Positions 37,814-53,035 of a stretch of 64,000 bases of DNA are shown piece after piece. The DNA is from Octopus bimaculoides (taxonomy: Eukaryota). Made by a program: the position numbers and the translations under genes. The notes beneath the pieces are model-generated. The model had not been told where the DNA came from and did not search any database. It was given only the letters and a program-made list of their open reading frames with translations. The stretch spans positions 53,120,704 to 53,184,703 of the forward strand of contig NC_068988.1 of the NCBI RefSeq assembly GCF_001194135.2. Direction: 5' to 3'. Every line of letters begins with the position of its first letter. Within the stretch, counting starts at the first letter, position 1.

Positions 37814-38023
37814 GCCTTTAGCATTCATATTTCTCTGTCAAATGTAATGCTTATTTATTCACAGTTTTGAATCAATCATACATTATCTCATAGCTTCAAG
37901 ATTATGATTGTTCAGTTTTAGAATGACATTGTAGGGTAAGCATGAGAAGCTAGATCAGGCTACTTTGAATCTAAAACAGAATGGATATTTGGGCCAGATA
38001 TGGCAGATTTAAATGTTAAAGTG
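37814..38023. mobile_element. piggyBac-type MITE, same family, opposite orientation
   Basis: TTAA-GCCTTTAG...TTAAAGTG-TTAA; the interior is the reverse complement of the family sequence. Confidence 0.65.
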
Positions 38024-38337
38024 TTAAAGAGAAAATTAGTTGTTGTCATTGTCATTTTCGATGTTATTGTTTCTGTGTAGTTTCATTTATCCCTGACCTA
38101 GGAGACCTAAGCCTGAACATTGAGTTGTTTGATATAAGGAAGCTATCTTGAAACAGTCTTACTGCAAGGCATTTTGGGCAAGTGTCTTCTACTATAGCCT
38201 CAAGCCAGTAAAAGCCTTGTGAGTGGGTTTGGTAGATGCTCATTGTGCGTGTGTGTGAGTTGAGACTTTGGATGAATATGCTCTGCTATAGCCCCAGGCT
38301 GATCAGTGTCTTGGAAATGAATTTGGTAACTGTCCAT

Positions 38338-38383
<46 letters not shown>

Positions 38384-40997
38384 CCTTTGTCTTGATATTT
38401 GGAAGCTAATTATAAACTGTTCATAAAGCTGTTTGTAAAAAAAAAAATGATGTCAGTTCTCTGTAATCTGTGAAAATATGTCGAACTAATGAATCGTTCA
38501 TGTTGAAAGGATCAGAGGAAATATTATCATACTTGGAAACAGATGAAGTTTGGCCACAAGAAGAATATCCAGCCATCACAAGTCTTGTCTAACCCACCAA
38601 CCAGCATGTACACTATCACAAGTCTCATCTGATCCATTAGAAAGCATGGAAAAGTTGATGCTAAAACAACGATGGTGGCTGACTTTAGAAGAAACAGTTT
38701 ATTATTAATACAAATGGTGTGAAAATTAAGTTTCTTAGGATATATGTTATTTGTTCTATCATTAAAGAAAACTATAGCTAATATTTCTGTTATAGTCCAG
38801 AAACTCGAAGAGATGGGAGTTCCTCTCGTCAGTCTTGTGTTGACCTTTTACTTGCTTCAGTCATTGGACTACAGCCATACTGGGGCATCGCCATGAAGGG
38901 TTTTAGTTGAACAAATCAGCCCTAGTGCTTATCTTTTTTTTTCAAAGTGTGGTACTTATTCTATCAGTGTCTTTTACTGAACTGCTAAGTTACAAAGACA
39001 CAAACAAGCCAATACTAGTGTCAAGCAGTGGTAGGAGACAAACACACACACATCTATACATATATGATGAGTTTCTTTCAGTGTCTGTCTACCAATCCCT
39101 CTCACAAGGCTTTGGCTGGCCCAGGGATATTGTAAAAGACACATGCCTAAAGTACCATGTAGTGAGACTGAACCTGGAACCATGTGGTTGGGAAGCAAAC
39201 TCTTTACTACACAGCCACATCTATGTTTATATTTCCTTAATATTTTATGAATGCAAGTAACAAAAAATATATTTATCTAATTTAAACAATGCTACTGTCT
39301 TATTTATTTATATACTCAAACAAACAATAGAAAGTAGAGAGGATCCTATTTGTTAGAGAGCTAAAAACAGCTGTAATATTCCTCCTGTCTAGATAGAGAA
39401 TCAGTTATTGATTTGTTAGGTTCAACTGTTATGGACTGGCTCCCAGTCTTGCAAAGTACCATTAAAAACAGTGACATTTATTAATTTTTAAGTTGATGAC
39501 AGTTGTAGCCTAACCCCCCATTGTCATTGTACTCTGGTGTTCTCTCAGTTGTACATAGTCTGTGTGTTATATCTCCAAACTAGACAAAGAAAAACTAGAC
39601 AACTATTAGAGTCTCATAAAGATTTATCTTCTTTCATCTACTAAAGAAAAAAATAAAAAGAGATACATTATACTTTATCATTGATTTCATTTTATAGCAG
39701 TTTTAAATTCTACCACTGAAACCATATATCTTTTTTTTTTTTTTTTGGATTTGTCTTCTAATTTTTTTATTTTTATGTTTCCTTTCTCTCTTTTGTGTGC
39801 AAAGCTAGCAGTAAAAGAATGTTAAAAGCGCCAGACAAATAATAGAGAATTAATTGGGGAAAGATTCCTGATTGGGACAGAAAAACAAGTTGATAGCTCT
39901 TCTTCTCATCACATTTAGCATCAACCTCTTCCTGAGAGACATTTTACATTTTTCACTTTTTATTTTAAGTTGTTTCATTTATTTCTTATTTTTATTTTTA
40001 GCATTTTTATCTTCTTTGTTTTAAAGTTCATTTCTTTAAAAAGTCAGTCAGATATTTGAACTATCTTAAATTAGTTTTTCACTTTCATATTAATTTAAAT
40101 TTTATGTCTAATCTTGTTCAAAGAGAGATTTTTTTAAAAATCTGTTTGTTTTTTTAATTTTAATTTTTATTTTCCATTTTTTTAATTTTGTTTTATTTTA
40201 TTTTTTCTATCTTAAATCTAATTTGTACTTGAAATAAGTGAAATTCTGAAATATGCTATTCGTAACATGAAGAACCTCTTCAATAAAGAGAAAATATGAT
40301 AATAACATTTTCCATTTATCAAACAGTTATTATTTTTGATTATCTTAAAGGGGGAAAAATGTTCTATACATTTTCCTTACACATTAACGACCCAATGCTT
40401 AATTGTATCTCGCTAATTCATACTTTGATTATCTTATAAGACATTTTATATTTTTACTATAAATCATGTTCATTTATCAATGCACAAGGTATTCTATATC
40501 TACATACTAACAAGATTAAAAAGCCAGAAACAGTCTAAATCCATCTCAATATTCTTACATATTCTATTTAAAGCCCTTTTACAGCTACCACAGCAGAAAA
40601 GACTCAAAAATGTCTTTTTCTTTTTAAACAATTAACAATAATTTTCAAGTGGAGTATAATTGTTTCAATTGTTAAGGATTCTCTTCAGGGAGAAAAAGGA
40701 TGAGAAGTGGAATTAATAAAAACAGGCCACTTAGTTTTGAATTTTTCTCTTTTGCTTGGGAAATATCCCCTGTTCATTCTTCTCCACTGTACAATGAACT
40801 AGAACTGTTCTGTAGCACTTCTAGACAATTGATAGCATTGAATAGTCTCATTTGTTTAGGGAGTCTGTTCATGTAGAAAAAGGCTTTGTTGAGATAAAAT
40901 ACAATGTCAGTCTCTTTAAAAAGGGTACCACTGACACTTGTCATTCATTCTCTCTTTTTTTTTTCTTTTTTTTATTTAATGAATTTCAGTGAAGAGA

Positions 40998-41035
<38 letters not shown>

Positions 41036-42705
41036 ATATTGTTATTTTTATTGCCTTTGCTTCTTCCTCCACCATTGATACAACACCACCACACTAACAT
41101 CACCACCAACACCATCATACTATCACAGCTACCACCAACAGTCTACTACCATTTCAGCCTTTGCCACAAATACCATTGCCACCACTACCACCCCCTAAAT
41201 TCTTAATATCACTATCACAAGCATTTTTCCACTACCATCATTGCCACCAATTTTACCACTGCCACTACTAACACCATAGTTATTACCACTACCACTATCC
41301 CCTCCAGTATCCCTACCATTAATTTCGTTACAACTACCATCACCACTACCATCAGTTTAAACTGTTTTCTTTTCCCCTTGTATCATTGAGTTAGATGAAG
41401 TAGGGTTGAGGTAGGAGTAAGTGTTAATCTCAGTGATTAAAATATTGCTTAAAAGACTGAAAAAGATAATTAAAAATGTTCTTTCACAAATTTATGGGGC
41501 ATTTGTTCTGTGTTTGCATGGGTTGGATAAAGCTGCAAAGTAAACTCTGTACAGTGATGAGAGTGTCTTTAAGAATTCCATGAGCTTAGTTGCCATGAGG
41601 ACTGAAAAATTTAATGCTTTTGGCTTTTGCTTTTCATTTTGAGAATAAGAAAGAGAGACAGAGAGAAGGAGAGAATGATGTTGATATTCCAAGCTGACAG
41701 CTTTGAGGTGGCAGAACCATTAGCATGCTGGACAAAATGCTTAAAATGCCTGACTGTCTGCCTACATTCTGAGTTGAAATTCCACAGAGGTTGACTTTGT
41801 CTTCTTCCCTTTTGGGGTCAATAGAATAAGTACCAGTTGAGTACTGGGATCAATGTAATCTACTAGTCCCCCTACTAGTAGGATGGATATTCTAGGCTAG
41901 TAATTAATAAAAGGATTGAAATAATTTTTTTCATCGTTTACCATGCTGTCATGTCTGTCTCTCTTCCCCAGACAGAAGACAAAAGTCCAAAATGTTACAT
42001 TTTTCACCTTGTATGGCAATCAAACATATTAAAAGCTTCTGTAAACTCTACATTTAAATTAACATTGACTATTAGATTCCTCACTTTGCTCTATGTAGCT
42101 TTCTTCAGATTTATTTCATTGTACAATAAGCATTTATATTCTATTAGAATTGCAATTACAAAACATTAAAAAAATACTGATTTTTAATTGTTTTTATGCA
42201 ATTTTTATTTATTGATTCCTTATATAAGCATAAGACTGGTAATTTGTAGTGTATATGTATAACACACCACCTGATTTTAGCACCAACATCTGGTCCTTTT
42301 TGACACTTGAGTTGAATTTACTCCATTGTAGCATTTGGTTTAGACCACTGGTTCCCTTGCCACCTATGGTTTTTATCACATGCAGATATTTAGGCTGTGT
42401 ATCAACTATATCAATCTCACTAATCTGAAAGGACCTGTAAAAGTCATGAGAACTACCTCTCTTCACATAATTAATATATAAGCCAATTCATAAAAAATGC
42501 TAAGGTGTCTTGATCAAAATTTGAACTCAGAACATAGAGTGATAAAACTAAGTATGAAAAAGTATTCAGTTTTATACTCAACTATTTCATTAAGACTCCC
42601 TCTCTCTTCTACACACAAATATACACTCTCCTACATGCATATACACACTTTAATTTTATTGAGTGATCATTGATTATTTATTGCTATTTTATTTGATTAT
42701 TGTAG

Positions 42706-42829
42706 GTATACTTAAGTGTCTTTTGGCAGAATGAACAGCTTGGTGTTGCCTGCTATGATGTAGATACAACTGAAATTAGGATGATGTTTGACACACAGGA
42801 GACTGATAACTTTTTGACATTGCTCTCAG
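42706..42829 (+). CDS. MSH5: MutS homolog 5, internal coding exon (124 nt, phase 0 to 1)
   Basis: Acceptor ttgattattgtAG and donor cag|GTAATT. Translates VYLSVFWQNEQLGVACYDVDTTEIRMMFDTQETDNFLTLLS, which resembles the N-terminal region of human MSH5 as recalled ([28 protein letters not shown]). Splices in frame to the next exon. Confidence 0.9.
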
Positions 42830-43184
42830 GTAATTTCTCAGTTTCAATTTGTATCTATTGTTTCTCTTTCACTATTTCTCATTCATTTCCTCCCATATTG
42901 GTTTCAAATTTTGGCACAAGGCCAGCAGGTTTGGGGAGGGACAAAGTTGATTAAATTGACCTCATTGTTCAACTGGTACTTATTTCAATCGACCCCAAAA
43001 GGATGAAAGGCAATTCAACCCTGGTGGAATTAGAACTCAGAACGTAAAGACAGACGAAATGCTGCTAAGCATTTCGCCCGGCATGCTAACATTTCTTATT
43101 TCTTTATTGCCCACAAGGGGCTAAACATAGAGGGGCAAACAAGGACAGACAAAGGTAGGTTCCTGTATGATCATACTCTCTTGG

Positions 43185-43491
43185 CTATGTGTTTAAGAAG
43201 CTTGCTTTCCAACTACATGCCCACTGTGGGGCACATTGGACAAATGTTTTCTACTATAACTCCAAGCCAATCAAAGCCTTGTGAGTGGATTTGGTAGACG
43301 GAAACTAAAGGAAGCTTGTTGTGTATGTGTATGTTTGTGCTGTGTGGTAAGTAGCTTGCTTACCAACCACATGGTTCCGAGTTCATTCCGACTGCGTGGA
43401 ACCTTGGGCAAGTGTCTCCTACTATAGCCTCGGGCCGACCAAATGCTTGTGAATGGATTTGGTAGACAGAAACTGAAAGAAGCCCGTCGTA

Positions 43492-43522
<31 letters not shown>

Positions 43523-43740
43523 TTGTGTGTCTGTGTATATGTTTGTGTTTGTCCCCCCAGCATCGCTTGACAACCAATGGTGGTGTGTTTATGTCCCCGT
43601 AACTTAGTGGTTCGACAAAAGGGACCGATAGAATAAGTACTAGGCTTCCAAAGAATAAATCCTGGGGTCGATTTGCTCGACTAAAAAAGGCGGTGCTCCA
43701 GCATGGCCACAGTCAAATGACTGAAACAAGTAAAAGAGTA
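43185..43740 (+). mobile_element. SINE family A, nested pair inside an MSH5 intron
   Basis: An old head at about 43185 is followed by a younger full copy from about 43340. Confidence 0.75.
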
Positions 43741-44059
43741 TATGTTCTTGTGTGTACCCTTGTCTAGATTGGCTACACCCTTGTGTAGACCCTTGTCTAC
43801 AACGTGATGGTTGTATATACATCATTTTCATGCAATAAAGTTCATTTACAGTCTTCTGTGAAAAACTTTGTCTTGCTATGGGAAAATAATTAACTTGCTC
43901 GGAAACAGGTGAGGGTTGGTAACAGGAAGGGTCTCCTTCCTGAAAATATACCCATTGAATATATCCAATAAATTCTGTCCAATCTATGCAAGCATGGAAA
44001 TGTGGATGTTAAAGCAATGTTGATGATGTCTCAACTTATGTTGGCTGAGCTCTTTTTGT

Positions 44060-45060
44060 CCTACACTCTATTAATTCTGGTGTACCTCAGAGCTCAGTTT
44101 TGTTTTCCATTTTCTTCCTTCTATACTTCAAAGATCAACTCATGATCATGTCCAACAGTGCCTGTACTTATGTAGATGATACTACTCGTTACACGTCCTT
44201 AACTTTTCCCAACCATGCATCATTCACATGCAACCTAGATATCACATGCACTGATTCCGTGAACAGAGACCTCAAAACATCATCAAAATAACATAATTGC
44301 ACCTCACACCACTTAATTGCTAGCAGCATGCAATTAGAGCTTTTGAAATTGCTCCAAATGTTAGTTTTGTTACCATTGAAAACCTTTCCTGACAAAAGCA
44401 CATCCTTAATAAAGCAACGACTACATCTCAGAGACTGGCCCTTATTTTCAGTGCCAGAAAGTACTTCAGACCCCATCAATTACTGACACTCTTTAATGCT
44501 CAAGTGAGATTGCATCCTAATGTATCACTATTACTGTAATCGCCAATATTAGTACCATCCTTACCACTACCACCAACTTCCCTACTATTACTACTAATAA
44601 CATCATGATTGTAACCACTATCAAAGCTACTTGACAGTTTGACATAAAATCACTTACTGATATTCTTTAGCTTTTGGCCCACAAGCATTCTGGCTCCTCT
44701 TTCTGCGTTTTCTACTGATACTATAATGGCCATTGCTCTTTAGACCAAGCTGATCTCATGTTACATCCATTCAGGCACTCCTAGATGTCTTATGTCCTCT
44801 CGCTTCATCAACCATGTTGTACTCAGTACTCTGGCTCCTGCACTAACCACTATGCCCAATCCTTCCTCCCCTAATCTTCATCTCTCTGGAATTCCCTTCC
44901 TGCTCCTATCATTCCTGCAGGTGTTGACTTTAAGCAGAGCATTAATGGCATCAATGTCTTTAGTTTCAGATAGTCTACGAAGATCATGGACACTGCTTTT
45001 TCCGCTACAGCCAGCAAGTGAAAAATACAAAAAAAAATCTCTATCTCTTGCTGTTTCAAA
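44060..45060 (+). mobile_element. Decayed CR1/Jockey-like LINE (RT core and C-terminal fragments)
   Basis: Reads INSGVPQSSVLFSIFFLLYFKD...TYVDDTT (the GVPQGS and YADD motifs) and later SLWNSLP..I. Confidence 0.7.
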
Positions 45061-48000
45061 TGTCTCTGTCTATTATGTGAATAAGTAACAATTATAAATT
45101 GAATCTCTTTTCACCTACACAGTATCACCATCATCTGATATCAGGTAATTGTAGTATAAAGAAGTGGACATAAACGTATTTATCCTGAAGTTAAATTGAT
45201 TCCTTTTAAAGGTTAATCTTTATTACGCATGCATCAATTGTACATGAGAATATAAGCATGGTAGTATTGACAATGTAAGTAGAAGATCTGTGATTTAGTA
45301 CTGGTTTATAATCTTGCAGACTTGAAGTGATTATAAAGTATTTGAATTACACGAATGACAATGTACGACAGTGAAATGGAAACAGTGAAGGTTAGAATGC
45401 TTTGGGCAACAGTTGAAGAATGAATTGGCTCTGATGCATTCAATGTACTATGTGAAATAGTAGTGTGTGAATGCAGTTTTTGAATTACAAAAATGATTAG
45501 GTTAGCCTGTGTATGTGATGTCAGATTTTCAATCTCTTCATGCCATCTCTGTTGTCACCTTACCCAAGCCTTTGCATTAACAACTATACCAAGTCCTGCC
45601 TCTCCAAAATGTTATCCTTCTGGAATTCTCTCCTCATCTCTCAGTTTTTTTTTTTTGTTCTACAACTATCATCTTGCAACTATTGAGATAACATTATTCA
45701 CATTTATCTCATTAGTGTTGAGGGTTGAGGTTGTAGAGGCCTTGAGTACAGTCCCTTCCGCCGGATTAGAGGAATTAAAAATAGAAACAGAAAAAAAAAA
45801 TAGCAAAAAAAAAAAAAACAGGAGTATGAGTTGACTTGAGAAGACAAGTAAATTTAAAATACTTAGGTTTACTGGTGAAAAAATGCAGGATAAGGATCAC
45901 TGTTGGATTAGTTTCTGGCAACTTTCTGGACACCCTAAATAACTTTCAACTTAGGTTTAGAACTCACACCTGCCAATAAATAGGGATTCAGTTGTTGAAA
46001 GGTAGAGATAGTGAGATATACTCTGGATCTACATGTCACATAAATCCTTGACATATTCAACGCACTGACATCACTAAAAGAAATATCAAAGCACTTGTTC
46101 AAACAAGATTTAATGTTGAATAAACAAGAAGATGGGTTCTACTGCATTGGACACTTCAACAGGGTATTAATGGAGAAAATAAGCAGGTTGATTGACTATT
46201 TTAGTCTGTAGAATACTATTTAACAGGTTACAATTTCAGATAAGGCTAGCTTATCCTAATGATTATTAGAATTAGAAGCCCTAATGAATTAGAATTGGAA
46301 TTATAAATCCTAATGATTATTAGAATTAGATTATTAGATCAATGCCTCAAAAGTGGTGTAACTGTATTCATTTCTGTTCTCATCAGTTTTGGAAAAAAAG
46401 TGTACAATTTGGTAAAGTGGTTAGCATTAGGAAGGGCATCCAGCAGTAAAAACCATGTCAATGCAGACAGCAGAGCTTGGTGCAGTCCTCTGGTTCACTA
46501 GCACCTGTCAAGCCATCCAATCCATGCCAGCATGGAAGATGGATGCTAAATGAAGGTGGTAGTGGTAGTGGGTGGCAACGGTGGCAATGGGTGGTGGCAG
46601 TGGTGGTGGGCTGCTGCTGCTGCTGCCATTGTTGTTGTTTGACATTTGATAAAAATAAATGGAAAACCCAGAATGAATTATTCAATCTGATTCTGTTCTC
46701 CCACTGTATGGAGTAAACCAATAAAATCAAACGAACCCTGCATTACACCTAGTTTAAAATGGAAATTGATAGGATAGGACTACTAGAATTTGAAACAGTT
46801 ATTCTGTTGCTACAAAACAACTAAAACCTATATATTACATAAGCTAACTAATTAATTTATTACAAAGAGAAAGAATTAACATAGAAATATATATAAATCA
46901 ATAAAAATGACATCTTTTCAAACACTTTCAAGTCTTTGAAGATGGTGCATTTCATCATCGGAAGGACTAAGATGCCAAATTCATTGGTGCTAAAGAAAGT
47001 TATATATATAGCTTATTATTAATGACTTTTCACACTGGCAATAGGCCATAACACCAGGGAGGAGTTTTAATCAATTGTATTGACCTCTGTACATATTTGG
47101 TATTCGTTTTATCTGGTTCTTTACATCCTAGGTTCAAATCCCACAGAGGTTTGCTTTATTTTCCATCCTTTTTGAATTAATGAAATAAGTAACAGTCAAG
47201 TAATGAGGTCATTGGTATTGATTGCCCCCCCCCCCCCGTCTCCCCTCAAAATTTCTGACCTTGTGCTAAAATGTGAAACCATTTTATTGACTCTGGATTT
47301 TATTAACTTTGTTATTGCTTTGTAGTTCAAAAGTTTACTGTGCAACTATGTGACCTGGGTTTGATCTTGTTGCAAAGTATCTTGAGCAAGTGTATTCTAT
47401 CATAGCTTCACATTGCAAGTAAAATTTCATAGACGGAAACTGTGGAAGCCCATTATTATCATTTTACATCTATATTCCATCTGATATGGGTCGGACGGTT
47501 TGAGAGGAGCTGGGAAGCCAGAGGACTGTGCCAGCCCCCATTGTCTGCTTTGGCACAGTTTCTCTAGCTGGATGCCTTTCCTAACATCCATATGTATGTG
47601 TATGTGCATATCTTTTGGTGAAAAATCTAAAGAACTGTTAGAAAACCTACAAACCAGTATATTTGAACAAGGCTCCTTGTGGCATTTCTTTCAGCTGAGT
47701 TTGTGCAGATAATCCATTGTCACTATCACCATCATAAATCCAGTGAACCAGTGATTGATCCAGAGAAAACCTATAACCAACAACACTATTGTTCTTAAAA
47801 TGTGACATGAAAAAAAAAATAATAAACAAGAGCACTCAGAGAGTGCAAACCTCTGCCAAGGCAACACCAACATACCCTCAATGATTAGCCAGGAATTATT
47901 TTTAAAATGAGAATATCTGAAATAAACTTGACTGCTCTCACAAATGAGAACACTAAAAATGAACCCGACCACTCTCAAAAATGAAGTAAAAATATAGGAA

Positions 48001-48778
48001 AAATAATCCAGAATCCTTGTCCAGTACCAGATCGATCCCAAAATCTAATTAGTTTGTGCCAGTCATGAGACCAAACGTAGCTGAAAGTTTCATCTGAATC
48101 CATCCAGCGGTTCTTGAGATATCTAGTCCACGGACAAACAAACAAACACGACTGACTCTGCCTTCGCTAAGGTGGAGGTAATAAGATGTAGGCATGGCTG
48201 TGAGGGGAAAAAGCTTGCTTTGCAGCCACACTGATTTGGTTTCCATCCCAATGCATGGCACTTTGGTCAAGTGTCTTATATTATAGCCCTGAGCCAAATT
48301 CAGCTTGTGAGCAAATTTTGTGGACAGAAACTGTGTGGAAACCAATTGTATTTGTGTGTCTTTGTATATTTGTTTGTCTCCCTCACACCACTTGACAATT
48401 GGTGTTGGTTTGTTTACATCTTTGCAACTTAGTGGGTTTAGCAAAAGAGACCTCTGGATTAAGTATCAGACTTTAAAAGAATAAGTACTGGGGTCAATTT
48501 GTTCGACTAAACCCTTCAAGGTGGTGTCCAAATATAACTGCAATCTAATGACTGAAACAGTTCAAAAGTGACATCAGGAAGGGCATCAGACTGCAGAAAC
48601 CAAACCAAAACAGACCATGGAACCTGGTGCAGCTCCTGACCTTGCCAGCTCCTGTCAAACCATCCAATCAATGCCAGCATAGAAAATGGATTTCGTTGAT
48701 GCTGTTGCCGTTTATTTAAAATGCTACGTCAGCATATAAACTACACTGTTATTATTTTTCTCTTCTCTCTTTTTCCAG

Positions 48779-48859
48779 TTATTGCTCAGGTTCAACCCAC
48801 CTATGTAATAATTAGTGCTAAACAAGATGAAAGGATTTTGAAAGTTTTGCAAAACTTTG
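48779..48859 (+). CDS. MSH5: MSH5 internal coding exon (81 nt, phase 1 to 1)
   Basis: Long pyrimidine tract tttttctcttctctctttttccAG and donor ttg|GTAAGT. Translates (V)IAQVQPTYVIISAKQDERILKVLQNF; the SAKQDE motif matches MSH5 ([20 protein letters not shown], recalled). Confidence 0.92.
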
Positions 48860-51800
48860 GTAAGTACCATCTAGCAGCATGATTTTCTTTTAAAATATCT
48901 TATCATATTCTATATATTTACTGTAAATTTTAGAACCTACTTTTGTCATTGTTGAACAATTATTTCACCCAGGTCTGCATGCACAAGCCCGAGTAAGGTT
49001 TATTTTGTGGAAGACTTGGAAACAAACAACACTGCTTGTATGATGGTGATGCTTGTTTACAATCATCACATGATACACTCAAGCATACACTCAAACACAC
49101 ATACTGTTTGACCACTGGTTTTGGTGTGTTTACATCCCTGTAATTTAGTAGTTCAGCAAAAGACACTGATAGAATAAAAACCTGGCTTTAAAGAAATAAA
49201 TCCTGGAGTCAAATTGTTTGACTAAAACTTTTCAAGGCAGTGTCCCACAATCAAATAGCTGAAACAAGAAAAATCAAAAAAACAGAAAGAAAAAAAAAAA
49301 CAAGGATAAAATTGATAGTTCTCCCAATCTTCTCCTCCACCTGTCCCCTCCATGTTTTCTTTGGCCGACCTCACTTTCGTGGCTCCATCTATCGAATCCA
49401 CTCATAAGGTTTTGGTCAGCTCAGGGCTATAGTGGAAGACATTTGCCCAAAGTGCTACTGAGTGGAATTGAGACCATAAGCTTCTCAACCTCACAGCCAT
49501 ACCTGTGCCTTTGTTGTCCATAAAAAACCCCTCCATTTTGGGCCAATACAGCTTGGCATCAATGACATTGTATGTGTTGCTTTCAAAACACAAAGGTCCA
49601 GAACAGAGACCCCAGTGTATATTGTGTGACAATTTTAACAATTCCACCAATCCATTATCCTTGATAGGTATTTTTTTTATTATCAATTCCAAGGGGTCCT
49701 TGATGGGATTCACACTTAGAACAAATACCACAAGGCATTCTTTCCATCTCTAGCAATTATTCTGCCAATTTACCACTTTTATTGTAAAATAATTCCAGAC
49801 TTCAGCACAAATTTGAGACATAAGTAAATTCAACATTTGTTTAATTTAGAGTGTGTTGACCCAGGTGACCAGATCTGGTTTGCAAAAATCAATATTGTAT
49901 TTGTCTTATTATTTTTCATGGCAGACTGGTAGAATTGTTAGCATGACAGACAAAATATTGCATGATATTTCTTCTGGCATTGCATTCTGAGTCTAAATTC
50001 CACTGAGGTCAACTTTACATTTCGTCCTTTAGGGTTTGGTAAAATAAGTGCCACTTTAGCACTGGGGTCGATGTAATTGTCTAGCCTCCTCCCCTCAAAT
50101 TTTGGGCCTTGTTTCTATGGTAGAAAAGATTAATTTCCATCAAGTTTATCTTACTTTGCAAAATAGAGATCTTATTTAAAATTTTTCTTTTATCCTTCCT
50201 TCGAATGAAAAGAATGTTTTAGAAAACAGCTTAGTCTAAGACAATGGTTCCCAACCAGGGGTTTACCCCCTAGAGTCTCTGAGGGAATGGGTAGGTGAAG
50301 TCTTTTTTTGGAATGTCATACTTGAACTTAGCAAGTATGTTTTCTCTTATAAGCTAGTTTTTATTTCTTAGTTTTTTGGGGTTTGGATTTTTTTCTATAT
50401 TTTAAAATCATGTTTTAATTTTAACGTTTTTATCAAGAATAAAATAGTAAATTTGTGTTCGTTTAATTTTATATTTCAGTCGCTTTTATTTAATTTTTTT
50501 TCTTGATTTTCTCATTTACTTTTATAATTTTAACGAGGTTATTTTATTCTTTCTTTTATTAAATATGCTGTCTATATGATTGTTACATTCACAAATTTTT
50601 TACTTGCTTAATAAAACTAGTCAAAACATGCATTTTCAGTTTTTCTCCTTTTTTCTCATGATTTAAAAATAATTTTCAATTGAAAATGGGAGATATAGAT
50701 AATGGAAATGGGAGAGAAGCAGTGATGGTAGAATTTCAAAATTTTTGGAACCAGTGGCCTAAAACCATTAATTTTGTGGTTTCCCTATTAGTTTCAATAT
50801 CTCAGTTCTTGTGTACAACTGTTCATCTACATTTTATTCTCAAGTTCTTTTGCCTTCTCAATTTATCAATTTGTCTTTCATCTTTTATTTTTTTTTACTT
50901 GTTTCGGTCTTTAGACTGTAGCCATGCTTGAGCACTGCCTTCAAGGTTTTAATCAAACAAATTGAACCCAGTACTTATGTTTTGTTTTTATTGGTCTTTT
51001 TTTACCTAATTGCTAGGTCATGGCGATGTAAACAAACCAACACTTGGTGTCAACAGTGACAGGGAACCCCCCCCCCCACATATGTGTGTATGTGTGTGTG
51101 TGCATCGGGCTTCTTTTAGTTTCCATCTACCAAATCTATTCACAAGGTTTTGGTTAACTTGGGGTTATTAGTAGAAGACACTCACCCTGAGTGCCATACA
51201 GTGGCATATATGTATGTGTCCTGGGGTTAATTTGTTTGACTAAACCCTTCAAGGTGGTGCCCCAGCATGGCTGCAATCCAATGAGTGAAACAAGTAAAGA
51301 TAAAAAAGTACAAATTCTTTTTTGTTTTGGTTTTTATCTACCAACTTCACTCACAAGGATTGACTCAGCCCAGGGCTATAGTAGAAGATAGTTGCCCAAG
51401 GTGCTGTGCAGTGGGACTGTACCCAGAACCATGAGGTTGCAAAGCGCAATTCTTAACCACACAGCCATGCCTGCACTTATGTAAAGTACAAAAATATTTA
51501 TATATGCTCTTCATTTGGGAATCCATTATTGTCAATTCTAATTTTGTTATGGAAGGTTGAATATTTTCTAGGGTAAAAAGCTGCCTCTTCCTCACTAATG
51601 AAGAGGTTAGTATATTGTATCCTATTGTATTCCCTGACTATTTTGTAAGTTAATCAGGAGGGATAGGGGTAGTGCCTATGATCTTTGTAGGCCCTTCCAT
51701 GCAGGTAAGATTGCAGCTCATGCATAGAATATCTACAAGTAGAATGCAAGTGGGGAGAAAATTGAATGCAGGGCAGGGTTGTCTGGACCAAATGCTTGCG

Positions 51801-51967
51801 ACATTGAATTTTGCTACAGTTTTTAAAGGAATAAGCAGTAGAGTTAAACCAGATACCATGTTACACTTACTTCCCATCCCTTTAAAATAGTGGAAGAAAA
51901 ATGGACCATGGTGTGTGTGTGTTTGTGTATTAGGCACTGCTCTTCCACATTAGATTCACTAATTGCT

Positions 51968-52314
51968 GTTGTTGTTGTTGTTGGCTCTCTGTCGCTTACG
52001 ACGTCGAGAGTTCCAGTTGATCCGATCAATGGAACAGCCTGCTCGTGAAATTAACGTGCAAGTGGCTGAGCACTCCACAGACATGTGTACCCTTAACATA
52101 GTTCTCGGGGATATTCAGCGTGACACAGTGTGACAAGGCTGGCCCTTTGAATTACAGGCACAACAGAAACAGGAAGTAAAAGAAAGTCGTGGTGAAAGAG
52201 TACAGCAGGGTTCGCCACCATCCCCTGCCAGAGCCTTGTGGAGCTTTAGGTGTTTTCGCTCAATAAACACACACAATGCCCGGTCTGGGAATCAAAACCG
52301 CGATCCTATGACCG
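51968..52314 (-). mobile_element. SINE family C copy (head lost in the gap)
   Basis: Highly similar to 62588-62945. Confidence 0.8.
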
Positions 52315-52688
52315 NNNNNNNNNNNNNNNNNNNNNNNNNNNNNNNNNNNNNNNNNNNNNNNNNNNNNNNNNNNNNNNNNNNNNNNNNNNNNNNNNNNNNN
52401 NNNNNNNNNNNNNNNNNNNNNNNNNNNNNNNNNNNNNNNNNNNNNNNNNNNNNNNNNNNNNNNNNNNNNNNNNNNNNNNNNNNNNNNNNNNNNNNNNNNN
52501 NNNNNNNNNNNNNNNNNNNNNNNNNNNNNNNNNNNNNNNNNNNNNNNNNNNNNNNNNNGTGTTAAATGTTTATATTTGCTTAACATACAAGTTGTGACCA
52601 TCCCATCTTTTCTTCTGAACTCTGCTAAAAGCGTTAATGTTTCATTGACTTAGCTGCTAATTCAAGCTGATGGAATGATTGCACAAGA

Positions 52689-53035
52689 GACTTCTTCTTT
52701 TGTCTTGTGACTCTTTCTTTTGTCTTGTGACTCTTTCTTTTGTTTTGTGACTCTTTCTTTTGTTTTGTGACTTCTTTATTGCCTCAGATTCTTTTATTAT
52801 TTTTAGACTCCCTCTTTGTCTTGTGACTCTTTCTTTTGTCTTGTAATTCCTTTTTTTAACTTCTTTGTCTTGTAACTCTTTCCTTGTCTTGTGACTCGTT
52901 CTCTGTCTTGTGATTCCTTCTTTGTCATATGACTCCTTCCATATTTCGTGATTCTTTCCCAGTCTTGAAACTCCTTCTTTGTCTTAGGATTCCATTGTAA
53001 TGTGATTTTGTTTCTCTTGTGACTCTTTCATTGAC
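52689..53035. repeat. 20-bp minisatellite (ctctttcttttgtcttgtga)n, degenerating rightwards
   Basis: Near-exact 20-nt periodicity at 52701-52770, then diverged units. Confidence 0.8.
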